From: Lama guanicoe
Lineage: Eukaryota
DNA: 64,000 nt
Reading direction: 5' to 3'
Assembly: GCA_013239625.1 (NCBI GenBank)
Contig: MU053933.1
Location: 1,490,001 to 1,554,000 of the forward strand
The position numbers and the translations under genes were made by a program. The notes under the pieces were generated by a model, which did no database searches, was not told where the DNA came from, and saw only the letters and a list, made by a program, of their open reading frames with translations. Positions 26,301 through 39,299 of this stretch are shown here, piece by piece (within the stretch, counting starts at the first letter, position 1; every line of letters starts with the position of its first letter).

Positions 26301-27181
26301 CCACCCTCCTGGGCCCAGAGCTCAGTGACGGAAATTTCCAGGTGGAGGAGCAGCTAAGGTTACACAGTTCATTTTACACTGCAGTGACTGTCCACAGCAT
26401 TAAACTCGCATTAAATCAGCTCCACCAGAGCGCACACTCCTCGCTGTGCGGCCTCAGAGACCCTCTTCACCTCCATGAGCCCGGCATCTTTGTGTACAGA
26501 ATACACCTGCCATTAAGACCGAACGAGGTGCAGCGAGCACAGGCCTAGCCCAGCGGCGGTCACGCAGCAGGTGCACGAGAGAACGACGTGTGCCCGCGCG
26601 TTCCGCTGCTGCCCAGGCCCGCCACACACCTTCGACAAAGCAGTACACAGAAGGCAGCCCTCCACCGCCACCTCTCAAGAGATGAAACCTGCCTTGGTGA
26701 TGCTAAACCTTTTAAAGAGTGATACAGTTAGAATCTGTCCTCCTAAGAATTAAGCTCTCTGCACACAGTTTTGAAAATTAAACATGTAAGTTACTTCTTT
26801 GACTGAGGTTTTACATCATGTGAAGTGAAACACAGCTTAACTCCACTTAGAAAAAAAATTTCACTGATCATTATTTGAAGCCAAAATAGTGCTTTTAATT
26901 ATTCTGATGACATCCCCAGTCCCCAATTTTCACTCGTTACTGATAATGAGTCACCATTATCAAAAATCTATTCAGCTAAATCCTGTGAAACCGTCACTTT
27001 TATAGGTTCAAAATGCACAAATCCCGGCAGTTTCAGTGGTTTGACCTGGCCCTATGCCCAGGGGCGGTGCTGGCTGCTCTGGGTGGATGGACTGCCTGAG
27101 TCCTCGGGGTGGCTCTGGAGCAGACGTCACGGTCACCATGCACAGATGAAGGGGGAGCCACCAAGAGCAGCACCAGCACCG

Positions 27182-27266
27182 GGAGGGTCCACACCCCCCG
27201 CCCCCGACCTCCACCACCACCCTGGAGGGTCCGCACCCCTCACCCCCCAACCTCCACCGCCCAGCA
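27182..27266. repeat. Two-copy ~42-bp C-rich imperfect tandem repeat
   Basis: ggagggtccacaccccccgcccccgacctccaccaccaccct / ggagggtccgcacccctcaccccccaacctccaccgcccagc. Confidence 0.75.
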
Positions 27267-27968
27267 CACGCAGGGGCTCTGCTCAGCCTCCACACTTGTC
27301 AAGCAGAGAAGAGCAGGTAAGTTGATGCTGGCAGGATATGCTTTTAAGCAGATGCAGACATTACCTCCATCTAGCGCACCTTTATGTCTCTTCTGCGTGT
27401 CAACAAACTTGTAACTGACGTGGGATTTTATTGTGTTTACAACAGAAACAGTGAATCAGACCACTTCAGCTAGAAAGACGAAACTACCACTCAGACCCAC
27501 GTGCTACGTCCCACCAAGCCCAGGAGGAGGGCTACATTCCACGCCCTCACAGGCCTGGGTGTGCTCTCCTCCCCGCTCCGCCCCGCGCATCGCGGAAGGC
27601 TGGCGCCTCGCTCACGGGGAGGGGCGGCCAGCACTCGGGGCTGCGTGCTTCCTTGTTCACACCCGGCGAGGGAACAACCTCCCCACCATCCCTGGGGTCC
27701 AGATGGGCCGAACTTAGCTCATGTGTCCACTTCCAGACCAGCGACTGAGGGCAGAAGGATGCCACGCGCTGAGTGGATTCACCGTGATCTGAAACCAGTC
27801 ACTGGCACAACGGCAGGACTGCCAGGGCTGCCTCCGGCCGCTCACCTGGCCCCGTCTGACACGAGGGTCGCCGGGAAGGAGTGAGAACCCCGATGCCTGG
27901 TCCCACTCCCAGTCAATCAAACTACAGCCTCTGTGGGTGGGGACCCAAGCTCGACTGTCAGGGCACAG

Positions 27969-28083
27969 GTGTGTGTGTGTGCGCGTATGTGTGTGCGTGC
28001 ACCTCTGCGCGTGTGTATGTGTACCCGTGTGTGTGTGTGTTTGTGTATATGTGTGTGCATGTAAGTGTGCGTGTGTGTGTGTG
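27969..28083. repeat. Imperfect (TG)n tract, apparently within a MER5-like remnant
   Basis: gtgtgtgtgtgtgcgcgtatgtgtgtg...; flanks gatgcctgggtcccactcccag and tgcatttccacaaaagcccc resemble MER5A. Confidence 0.75.
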
Positions 28084-30719
28084 CATTTCCACAAAAGCCC
28101 CTGCTGGAGTTTAGGGTCCCTGTCCCCATGTCGCATGGTCCAGGAAAGGGAGAGTGAAGCCCTGAATAGCTCGACACGAGGAAGAAGACAAGAGTATGGA
28201 CACACAGACACAACCGGGTAAATCACGGAAGAAAGGCAGCGTGGCTGCTAATCCAAGCCAGAGCAGGCTCAGGAACTGTGTGACCCTCAGCACTGTGCGG
28301 GGCAGTTCTGCCTCTGAGACAGCAGTCAGAGTCCCCAAGTGCTATGACCTGACCCAGCTGTGCGCAATGACTCGGAAGAACCCTGTGACCTGCACGTAAT
28401 GTGAGCAGAACTCTAAGGGGCATCTTCCCAGGTTAAATGCAGGGAGGGTCCCTGCCTTCTGAGTTGTTCCTGAGCGGAAGCCGCGGTGGCCATGGCACTG
28501 CCCCTGCTCTGCATAAGCCCCTGTGGCCTGGTGGGACATTCTGGCCGGCAGGTGACGCAGGCAAGACAAGGAGATGCTCTGCCTGTGTCCCTCCAAGTTC
28601 AGCCAGGATCTCTGCCAGAACCATTTGACCTTGGCACGTGGACGTTTTTCTCTACAACTTCAGCACTTAAGATATTGTATTTGTGTCTAGAAATACAACC
28701 CAGCAAATATTTGATAAATGCTAATTCCCCAGTTTTCATCTTTTAAAGAGTTCCTTTTGATTCCTGAATAAAACAGCTGCCAAGACATTACATAACTAGT
28801 GTGACCAGTAGAATGTGCTCACAGCTGGGAGGCTCACAGTCATACGGGAAATTTCATTAGCGGAGCTTTAATGACCTTGTAAAGAACAGCAGTCCTAAGC
28901 TCTGGACCTTCCGCCAGTGAGTTAGTGAGAAATACTTAACGACATCTTTTCTTCAGAAATAACGCAGACTTCATACAGAAAGGCTGATTATAAAAATTAA
29001 TCTAATGTTAGCAGACTATATTAAAACAAACCACCAAAAATGAAGCAAGCATTACGTTTTAGCAACCTCCTCTGATGCCAGAAAAGAAGTCACCATTTAA
29101 CTCTAGGAGAAAGTAAGTCCTCACCCGAGAAGACGTCACGGCCACAGCGCGTTTTGAAGTAGACGCACAGCAACTCTTGCTTGCGGTATTTCCTATCTGA
29201 AATCGAAAACCTGAAAACTAGGACCTGATTACCCTTGACACCCTTGACACCAACACACGAGACCCTCGTCTCACTAATGAACCCTCGCCCCGCAGCACGC
29301 CCCTCCCACAGCTCTCCCTTCCCAAGCCCTCCTCATGCCTCCGGTCTTAACTCTGCTCCACAGAAAACCTTGCCGAACGTCACCGATGATTCTCTGCTGT
29401 CCCAGCCTTTCCTCCACTCCTGTCAAGTCATATTGATTGCCAAGTTGTATCTGATACTATTAGACCCCCTTCCTCTCAAATAACTATTTTCTCATTTTCT
29501 AAAAATGTATAAAGCACTTCTGTTTATTGTTCCACTAAATTCTCACAGCCACTCTTTGAGGCAGGAAGAAAGAATATCTGTAGTTCTATTTTGTGGATGA
29601 CAAGCCTGATTATCATGTAATTTAAGGGACTCACCCAGAGGCACACACTAGGAACCAGCCGAGAGGGGCTGGGCCCATGCTCTGCCTGGCCAGCCTCTCC
29701 TGACTCCAGGCTCCTGGAGACCCCTCCTCGGGGCTCAGGCCTCCTCCCCCCGCCCTGGGAGAGCCAGCCCAGCTGCACGGCCACCTCCACCCCCACCCCC
29801 CAGTCCTGCGCTTTGCTACTTCTCCAAGAACAACTCCCAGCCCATGCCTCTGGCTTATCATATGAACTCCACGTTTCTCAGCTCCAATGATTTCTTAGAC
29901 AGTTCCATTCGGATATATGTATTTTATTGTTACCTCAAACTGAGCACATCTCACACCAAACTCATCTTTCCACGTTAAACGAGCTCCCCTTTCTAAATTG
30001 TGGCTACGAGTTGTTACACTTCGATCAGACTACAGTAAATTTTCAGTCGTTCCCAGCTTGCTGGATTTGACATATGTAAGTCAAATGTGCTCTGCCATCC
30101 TTCAAGATGTGAAATAGACATTTGACCACTCAGTTCTATCAACAGCTGAAAATCAAACATTTAGACTGTTTCTTGTTAAGACTGTTGTGTGAGGTGTGAC
30201 TAGTCAAAGAGAACAAGCTCCCAGTCCCCTGCGGGAAGGCTGACTTGTCCTGCTGGACCTTCTCAGGTCCAACAACTTTCAGGCCAATAGTGTTTGAGAG
30301 GGGTTTTTTTGCTTTTGGTTTTAAAGACAAATTCCACATCTGTTGCACTAACAGCCTCAACACTGGGCTAATGCAAAAGTAGGAGAAATATTTAACCAGT
30401 ACAGTAAAACATTTATGTTGAAAACCTCTGTAAATAAAGACCTTAAACATTTTGCTTTTTGACCACACAGTCAGCATCCTTGTTCGCATAATCAGGATGA
30501 AGCTCACCACAACCACGCCCCCTGCAGGACACGTTTGGGCCGACAGGAGCGCCGAAGGCATGCACCTGAGCTCACCAGCATCCAAACCTCAGCCTTCCCC
30601 TGTGCACGGCACCAAATACACACAACCTAATGCCAAGCATCCTCCATGACATACCAAATTCCAAAGAAGGGATTTTCATCTCCGTGTGAGAGGACGCACA
30701 GCGGCATACACTGACGTCT

Positions 30720-30900
30720 TTCATTCACTCACCGGAAACGTGTTTTGAGCACCTCCTGTGTCACCGGTGCCTGGGATCATCCATGAGCCAAACAAAGATG
30801 CCTGCCTCTTGGCGCTCTCACTCCAGCGTGGCAGACAGACAACGAGCACCAGAGGGATCACCCAGTACGTCAGAAGGCAGCTGGTGCCATGGAAAAGAGA
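30720..30900 (-). mobile_element. L2 3' end
   Basis: tcattcactcac...ttgagcacctcctgtgt...cctgcctcttggcgctctcactccagcgtgg. Confidence 0.65.
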
Positions 30901-31499
30901 AAGTGACATCGCCGATGTGAGGGAGGGGAGGGAGGTCCACTGCCCTAATTGAAAAGAAAAAGGTGCGTAAACTAAGGCTAGAAAAACAAAGAGTTGTTCT
31001 TCACAGAAGATGCTAGAGTAACTCAAAATTTGAGAAAAAGCTAAATAACCAAGCTCTGGAAAGGGCATGGTGAAGCCAGCTTTCTGTTTCTCCTGCGTCA
31101 GCACCCGAACTGGCCAGGCAGCCAGCCACGGGCAGCTCTGCGGTCACCCCGAGCGGCTCCCCAGCCCAGGTGGGAACGCTAGTCCTCAGCAGCTCCAGCC
31201 AGAAAACTCCTAGAGACACCGCTGGCCAGGCCCAGACCATGTGCCTGCCCGGAGACCACCGCTGTGACTCTGCCTCAGCCTGCGCTGCCCGAGGGGCATG
31301 GTGGAAGGCCTCCTGCAGGGAGGACGGCAGGAATATGCCGAGCCAGCCAGAGCAGCAGCCCTGCAGAAACCAAGTCCAGGACGGACCTTCTTCGCCCCAA
31401 GCCCATCGTGCCACCAAAGGCTGACGTGGGGGCCCACCTGAGTTGAGGCTGGGGTCACCCTGAGGTACGTACAGAACGGGCGGAGTGCTGAGGTGACGC

Positions 31500-32100
31500 T
31501 GGGTCAGAGGCAGGCAGCCACCATCTGCTTGCAGGCCGCGGCAGAGAGACCCGAGGCCCGGGTGCAGGGCTAGGGGCTCAGAAGCGCCTCGGAGCCCCGG
31601 TCGTGCAGTCCCGTGAAGAGCACGGGGAAGGCCAGCCGCCAGCTGCGCGGCCCGAGGGGGACCCGGCGCCGGCCCCTCCCGGGAGAGCCGCCCCTAAGGC
31701 GGCAGGGCGGGGGAGATGGGGCCACAGCTGACGTGCTGCCAGAGGCAGGCTCCCGCCAACGGGAGTTTCAGGACACCTAGAATCTGGTTCCTCCCAAAGA
31801 GAGACAGACAGGCTAGTTGGAGATCACTGGCAGTTATGAAACAAGGTAACAAGAAAATGTTAAATTAGTTTGCCTCTAAGTAAAACAGGAAAGCAAAGGA
31901 GAGAGAACTGGATGTGGGCTGGAGCTGCAGAAGCGGCTCCCAAGAAGTGTGACCAAGCGGCATGACCTGAGCTGAGCCGGCAATGGCGGCAGAACGGCGT
32001 GGCGGCCAGAGCGCGGGGCGCCCGGGGCCACCCGGGGCCGCCGGCCCGGTCCCTGCACACAGCTCTGCTAAGTGGGCTCGGGCGGCGTGTCTCTCTGCGA
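31500..32100. promoter_or_regulatory. CpG-rich island in the last HSF2BP intron
   Basis: Two dense CpG clusters by eye (31530-31760 and 31950-32100); function unknown. Confidence 0.45.
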
Positions 32101-32365
32101 CTGGCACACTTCACTCAGCATAATGTCCTCGAGGCTAAACCGTGCTACGGCCTATGTCACAGTGTCCTTCCTTCCTGAGGCTGGAACGTCCCACTGCACA
32201 TCGAGATCACATCTTCCTTAGCCACTCGTCTACTGATGGATGTTGAGGCTGCTTCCTTATCTCGGCTGTTGTGAATAATGCTGCCGTAAACGTGGGTGTG
32301 CAAACATCTCTTCAAGATCCCTTTCTCGGTCCTTTCTGGATACGCCCCAAGGTGGGGTGAGAGCT
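32100..32365 (-). mobile_element. Old L1 3' fragment
   Basis: ttcactcagcataatgtcctcgagg...ggctgttgtgaataatgctgccgtaaacgtgggtgtgcaaacatctcttcaagatcc. Confidence 0.8.
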
Positions 32366-32526
32366 CTCGTTCCCACCACAAGCCTCTTCAATGACAGTCT
32401 CATCGGAGAGCATCTCTGGAACCCTGGCCCGATCTGAACTGCACTCAGCACCCAGCAGGGCAGCCTCTTCCAGCACCTCGGGGTCGCAGCTATGTGTGGG
32501 GCACACCGTCTCTCAGCTTTAAGAGC

Positions 32527-33037
32527 TTCTCTTCTTTTCTTTCTTTCCTTTTCTTTCTTTCTTTCTTCCTTTCTCTCTCTCTCTTTCTTTGGTATATATA
32601 CATTTTTATTGAAGTATAGTCAGTTTACAATGTTGTGTCAATTTCTGGTGCACAGCATAATGCTTCAGTCATACATGAACACACATATATTCGTTTTCAT
32701 ATTCTTTTTTACCATAAGTTACTACAAGGTATTGAATATAGTCCCTGTGCTATACAGTATGAACTTGCTGTTCATCTATTTTATATATAGTAGTTAGTAT
32801 CTGCAAATCTTGAACTCCCAATTTATCCCTTCCCACCCCCTTCACCCCCAGTAACCATAAGCTTGTTTTCTATGTCTGTGACTGTTTCTGTTTTGTAAAT
32901 AAGTTCATTTGTCTCTTTGTTTAAAGATTCCACATAAAAGCGATATCATATGGTATTTTTCTTTCTATTTCTGGCTTACTTCACTTAGAATGACCATCTC
33001 CAGTTCCACCCATGTTGCTGCAAACGGCATTATTTTA
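32527..33037 (-). mobile_element. Young camelid-type L1 3' end whose tail has decayed into a (CTTT)n/(CT)n tract
   Basis: tttttattgaagtatagtcagtttacaatgttgtgtc...ggcttacttcacttagaatgac...catgttgctgcaaacggc. Pyrimidine tract at 32527-32590. Confidence 0.88.
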
Positions 33038-33039
33038 TG

Positions 33040-36000
33040 AAGAGATTTCTCTCTTGTAAAGAATGCCTGTGAGCAGTAAAACCTCTTTGTTTCTCCAGGA
33101 ATGCATTTTGCCTTCACTTTGAAGAGCAGTTCAGCTGGACGCAGAACTCCTGGTAGGCAGTCTCTTCTTCCAGAACCTGCAGACACCACGCCTCTGCTTT
33201 AGCGCCACTCTTCCTGGAGAGCAGCGAGCTGTTCACCTCACTGTGGTCCCCTGCACGTGCGTTGCTGATGCTGAGACGTTCTCTTGGTCTGAAGTTTTAA
33301 CACTGTGACTATGATGTGTCTACATGTGTCTATGTAAAGGTCTCCTTGTGCTTACCCTACTTGAAGTTCACGTGACTTCCTGGATGTATGGACTGTTTCT
33401 CATCAAAGTCAGGCTGCTTTCAGATGTTACTTTCTCAAATGTTTTTCTGCCCTTTCTCTCAAGCATCTCCCTCAGGGACTCTCACTCCACTCATGTCCGT
33501 GTGCCTGATGACATCCCAGGGTCTCCCAGGGTCATTTTTCTTTGCTCTTTTTTGTTTCTGTTCTTCAGACCAGATCATCACTATTTATCTGGCCTGAAGT
33601 TTGCTGATTCCTCCTATCAGCTCCAATCTGCCATTGAACCTGCCCAGAAAAGTCTGTTAATCTCTACTTTGTTTTCTTCGTTGTACTTGGAGTTGTTTCA
33701 GCTTCTCAAGTTCTTGTGTAGATGTGTAGCTCATTTTCTGCTTTCTTCTTTAAATTAATAGACTTTCTACTAAATGCTGATTTAGACGCACCATTTTTGA
33801 TACGTAATATTTTATCATATAGTTTAAAATACCAGGTTTCTATTATGATTTCTTCTTTTATCCCTGGGTTATTTAAGTTCTACATGTGGGGTTTGCTAAC
33901 TCTCTTTCTGTCACTAATTCCCAGCCCCACCGTGTTGTGGTCAAATGTGTTCCATATGATTCTGATCGTCTAACATTTGAGACTTGCTCTGAAACCCGGA
34001 AAACGGTCACTTTTGTAAATTCTCCACATGTGCTTGAAACAAGCATCTAGTGAGGCAACCATTCATATCCTTGTCGATTCTTTAGTCTTTTTTAGCTATG
34101 AAGTATTGACTGAAGTGTGTTAAAATGTCCCTGATCGTGGGGGATTTGTGAATTCCTTCTTATGCTCTTTTCAGTGGTTCTGAGACTTTTAGGAAGTGCA
34201 TATATAGGTTCAGAATTATTACACGCTGGTGACACAGGATCTGGTGATGAGACTCTACCTAGTCTGTTTCCCTTTTATTCTCAACCTTTATGTATAAGCC
34301 AGTTTTCAATGAATCTCTTATAAACAACATAATCGGATGATTGTTTTAAATCCAGTCTGACGTAACTATCTTTCAATTAGGTCACTTGGTCTATTTACAG
34401 TTGTAATTAACTGTACATATATTTCAACTTACGCATATATTTTCGTTTTTTTCTTTTTTCTTTCTTGTCATCTTTTGAACTATTTCTCACGTTCCATTTC
34501 ACCCTGTATTAGCATTGCAGGTGTGTGTTCTATTTCTGTTTTCTCCACGTTACCGTAGAAGTTCAACTTGCACACTAACTAGCAAAGTCTGAAATTAACC
34601 ATCATTCTGCCTTCTGGAAAGAGGCCGGGTCCGGTACAGCTGCGGCTCCGCCCACCCCGTTCCCAGCGCACGCGCTGCTGCTCCGCTCCTGGTACTCTGC
34701 CCTTGTGGCCCCCGGTGGTCTGCTTTCTACAGTCAGTGTCGGAGTAACCCACACTTCTGCTTCCCTCTCTGACCACCATTCTTACTCGCGTCTCCCTTCC
34801 GTCTGAGATTAAACTCCTCCTGCAGCACATCCTTTAGAATCTCCTGCTGAGGGGGGGGTCTCTGGGTGACAGACTCTCTCAGTTTTTGCTCGTCTGAAAC
34901 ATCTTCATGTCGCCCGTGTTCTGAAGGACACTTGCTGGGGGAAGGGCTCACAGGTGTCTTCTCTCGGGATTGAGAAACCACGTTGTTGCTGTCCAGGGGC
35001 CAACTCTCAGGTACACTGCTTTCCGCCTGCCTGCCTCTAGGACCTTCTCTCACACTCTGCAGATTTCACCACAACGTGTCTTAGTGTAGATGCCTCTTCA
35101 TTTGTGCTGCTTACAATTAGGCAGACTTCTCATATTAAGTGTAAACAAGTTTGGGAAACTTCTCAGGCATTACTTCTCCCAATGTCGCTCTGCTCCACTC
35201 TCTCTCCTTCCAGAACTCTGACTGGTCATATGTTCAATTCCCAGGCTCCCCGCTGCGTCTCGGGCCTGCGTGCCTGCTCCTGCTTTCCATCTGTCTCCGT
35301 GCTTCATTCTGGATGATTTCTTCAGATCTGTCTACATCAATCTAATTATCTCTTCAACTGTGTATAATACGCTGTTAAAGCTTTCAAGTAAATTTATAAT
35401 TGCAATCATTATACTGTTCATTTCCAGAAATGTTATTTGATCTTTTTTCTGATCTGCCCAGTCACTTCTATAATTTCTTACCCTTTACTGACATATTAAT
35501 CCCTTTTTTCATTTGTTTAAACATATTAAACATACTTATTTTCTATTAACCTGATCATTCGTATATCTGAAATCTTCTACAAATCTATGTTACTTATTAT
35601 TTCACTAATGATACTTTCCGTGCTTTTTGTGATTTTTAATATGTGAGCTCTGATTCTTGGAATTTTACCTGTAAGAATTCTTTAAGGACTTGGTGGAAGT
35701 CAAAGAATCCTCCAGAAAGGACGTGCATTGTTCTGTAAGTGGGGACCACCCGGATGGTTTGAACTGAGGCCTCAAAGCTGCGTGACAACCCGTCTACGGT
35801 GATTAATTCTCAGAGGACATTTTTCCTCCACTGCAGCCTAGGTTCCTCTCAGAAGAGACATCCGCCCACTGTGCGCAGTCCCTGAGGTCAAAGCAGGCAG
35901 TCCCCCCGTAGTCTCCCAGGGTGGGAGCAGGTTCTCAGTTTGCTCTTGCAATGCTGGTGAACACCTCTGGGAGTCCCACAGCAGGCTACTCACTTAGGGT

Positions 36001-36230
36001 GGGCCCTGGGCTTTGTTTCCTGTTCCCACACCCTGTGAGGACATGGAAACTAAAGGCCATTCTGACAAATGCCCCCAAAGCAGGCGTTAGCTCAGGTCTC
36101 TGTTAACCCCTCTGGCATCTCACTTTGATTTGGCTTTTGTGCCCTGAGTATAATGCCTATTTTTCTATCTCAGAGGAGCATTTTTTAAGCGCTTTTTACA
36201 TCTCACTGACATTTTGACCATTTTCGGTAA
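33040..36230 (-). mobile_element. Ancient fragmented L1 (L1M/L1ME-type ORF1 and ORF2 5' parts)
   Basis: Antisense L1 text throughout, e.g. ccttcactttgaagagcagttcagctggacgcagaactc, tttctattatgatttcttctttatcc, aatccagtctgac, ttctggatgatttcttcagatct. Confidence 0.75.
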
Positions 36231-36299
36231 GGAGAGTTGGTCAGGGACTTATTCCACCACAGCCTTGCCTCCCAATTCTTGGCCTGCAAGGATGGCCTA

Positions 36300-36700
36300 T
36301 CGGAAGGTCTGCAGGAGGCAACCAAAGTTCATTAAACAGGTGATGGGACACAAGTCCAGGTCGTAAAGTCATGGTCAAACTGTGGCTACACCCGGGAAGT
36401 AGAGCCATCCTGAAAGCAGATGATGGAGGTGTTTGAGAGTTTCCTAACACACTGCATGTGAGTGTCAGAGGAAAGGAGGCAAGAGTCACTCCAAGGTCTT
36501 GACAAGCCTGAGGAACTGGAAACAACGAAGACTGGGAAGGCCGGGGCAGAGCTTAGTGGGGAGGGGAGGAGCTCAGCCTGAACACACTGAGTCTGAGTGC
36601 GTGAGGCGCCCCGTGGAAACGTCAGGCAGACCCCTGGTCCGGAGTTTGGGAGAGAGGTTTGGGCTAAAGATACAAGTTGGGTGGAGCTTCAATGTTTGAT
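36300..36700 (-). mobile_element. L2 fragment
   Basis: tcactccaaggtcttgacaagcctgag...ggagtttgggagagaggtttgggctaaagataca. Confidence 0.7.
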
Positions 36701-36879
36701 ATTACTTAAACAAACCAAATAAATGTGAGATGGGAGGCAAATGCCTACATCCCTATTCAGCATTGTAAATACAGGTAGGAAGTGCAGCACTAAAAAGTTA
36801 GAAACGTGAGCAAAGCAGGAGTTTGCACGAACAGTTACGTAACACACGGTCATCCTCCCACAACGCTCTGTCCTCATCG

Positions 36880-37170
36880 GCCATTTGCTAGAGTTCCTGC
36901 CGGTTCTGCAGCTGCAGAGGAATGTGAAGAATCTGGAGAAAGCCTGGGAACAAGCCAGCCGTGCAGCTGAAGAAAGGGAAGGAAAATGAAACCCGGCAGA
37001 GGTTAAAGGAAATGAGATGACTCAGTCAGGGGTGATTAACAGCAACTGGTCCTGTGTTCTGGATCAAAGAAGTCCGGATACTTGAAAGCAACTTGCCACC
37101 TTCGGGTCAAACGAATTAGAAGGAAATGAGCTTTCATTGTGGCAAAAAAGATTTAGGTTACAAATTAAAA
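36880..37170 (+). mobile_element. CR1/L3 fragment
   Basis: gaggttaaaggaaatgagatgactcagtc...gaaggaaatgagctttcattgtggcaaaaaagatttaggtta resembles the L3 ORF2 3' region. Confidence 0.55.
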
Positions 37171-38037
37171 GGGACACTAACACCTATTTAACACCTACTA
37201 CGTTAGGCGTTGGTCGGGGCATTATTGCATTTTAATACACATTAAGACCCTCGGGAAAAAAAAAAGACCCTTGAGGTAGAAATCCCCACTTTGCAGGTCA
37301 GAAAAGAGGGATCCTAAAAGGTAAGTTCCCAAGTAGAAAAGCTGTCATCTCAATGGGTCTAATGAGTTTAAAGTCCATGTCCTTTAAAATACATCAAATT
37401 TCCTAGTGGGACAATTGATAAACGTAGGAACCAATTATTAAAAGAAATAACGAAATCTTTTGCTTCCTAATCTTTTAAAAATTATCAGAGATTCTCATTT
37501 TCTAGTGTGTTTCATACAGCAGAGCCACCTAAAAGCACACGGGCAGAACAAGCCAGCTCTCACACGCTCTTTCAGGCCGAAGAAGTTGCGGCGTCTAGGA
37601 TTCTGCAGCCGCACTGCCACCAGGCACCAGGCAGCATGTGCCGGTTCTCAGGGAACTCTCTGGGTTTCATTTTCCTCTTCTGTAATAAATTATAGCCTCA
37701 TCTGCCTAAAATACACACCAAATTCTAAGACAAATTTCCATTTTCAAGGTAAACTAACTCCACACACAACTCAGGGCCACACATCCTGGGCTTTACAGCC
37801 CGTTTTTATTAGACTTCGACAGCAAATAACTCTAAAGATCGCAAGTAAGACGAACTTTCAAAAGATTTATTCAGTATAGGTCAACTACAGTTCAATAAAA
37901 AACTTCAAAAAACAAAAAAACCAAGAAAAGGAAGAAAACAAAGATTTACTGGGCTTTGGACTGTGCTCGCCGTGTCAGAGGAACGAAGAAACGAAGAAAG
38001 AGTAACTGTCTTCACATGCAAGAGAGCTTGATGCCAC

Positions 38038-38043
<6 letters not shown>

Positions 38044-38068
<25 letters not shown>
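38044..38068. repeat. (CA)n microsatellite, about 12 units
   Basis: Perfect CA run. Confidence 0.95.
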
Positions 38069-39299
38069 CCCTCTGCACAGGACCCAAAGGCTAAGCAGGA
38101 ACGGCCCACCCTGCTGGAAGGGCACCTTCTCGGTGAGGGCTGGGAACTGACTCTCCGGCTGCTTGCAACCCAGAGAGCCGCATAAAACACAACGAAGCTC
38201 ACAAGGCCTGTCACTCGGCCCTGGACAAGGTCTGGAGTTCCAGGGCCAGAAAAGGCCCCAGAGCACACGCAGCCTCAGGCCGTCTCTTTCTGAGAAAGTG
38301 AACAGCTGGCAGGAGGTGCCGGACACTCACTGGCTGCGAGCGAGCCTAGCGACAGGGCCACGCCCAGGAAGGGCGGAAGTCCCCAGAACCGAGGCTCCCC
38401 CACTGCAGGGCAGCGGGGTTGGGGGGGCGGCTGGGGGCCGGGAAACGGAGCCCGACGGCCAGGACGTCCACCCCGGAGCTGCAGGACCTAGAGGAGCTCA
38501 CTCCACCTCTGTGTGCTTCAGTTTCCTCATGTATAAGACATAAATCATGATGTTCACCTTGTGAGAGATGGAAAGAAACAAATCTGTGACTATGTGCAAA
38601 GCACTTATGACAGAAGCTGCGCTCAGAGCATCAGGTCTCTCTCACTGAATCGCTCTGTCCCTCTTACTGTCCCCATCCCCCTCCAATGGGCATTGCCTGC
38701 TGGCACGTGACCCGTGACAACCAGTCGGCACAGGTACCTCAAGTCCAAGGCCCACTTCTGATTCCATGGGTCCCTTGGTTCACCTTCTCAAGAGAAAAAG
38801 GCTGTGGTCAAGTGTCCAACCCTGTGGGTAGGAGTCATCCTGCACCTCAAACCCCACCCCCAGCCTGCCCTCACAACTTCAGAAGGTCTGGAGTTCGCCC
38901 TAGAGCACGCCACAGTCTATGGATCTGGCAGAAGAGACGCAACTCCTGTGTCCGAGCACAGGCTGTGCCCCTCACGGCGACAGCCATTCCAGAGGGTCAG
39001 GCTCGTGCCAGTGCAATGAGATCCAAGTGCACAGGACCAGGCACGCACTGCGGGCTGTGTTACAGAAGGGAGCCCCAGCCCCTCACAGTGCGAGCGGTGC
39101 CTCCAGACCTTCTCCCTAGAGGGGAGTGCTGTCCTTGCTGCGTGAGAGCAAGCAGACCCGCCCTCTGTTGTGGACACAGCCAACATCTCTGACTTCTATG
39201 GGTGTTCACTACACAAGCAGCCTTGAAAAGACAGCCAGAGACAAAGGAGGCCAGCCCCTCTGCTCCCCCAACAATACCTAAATAAGTGGGGACACACAC

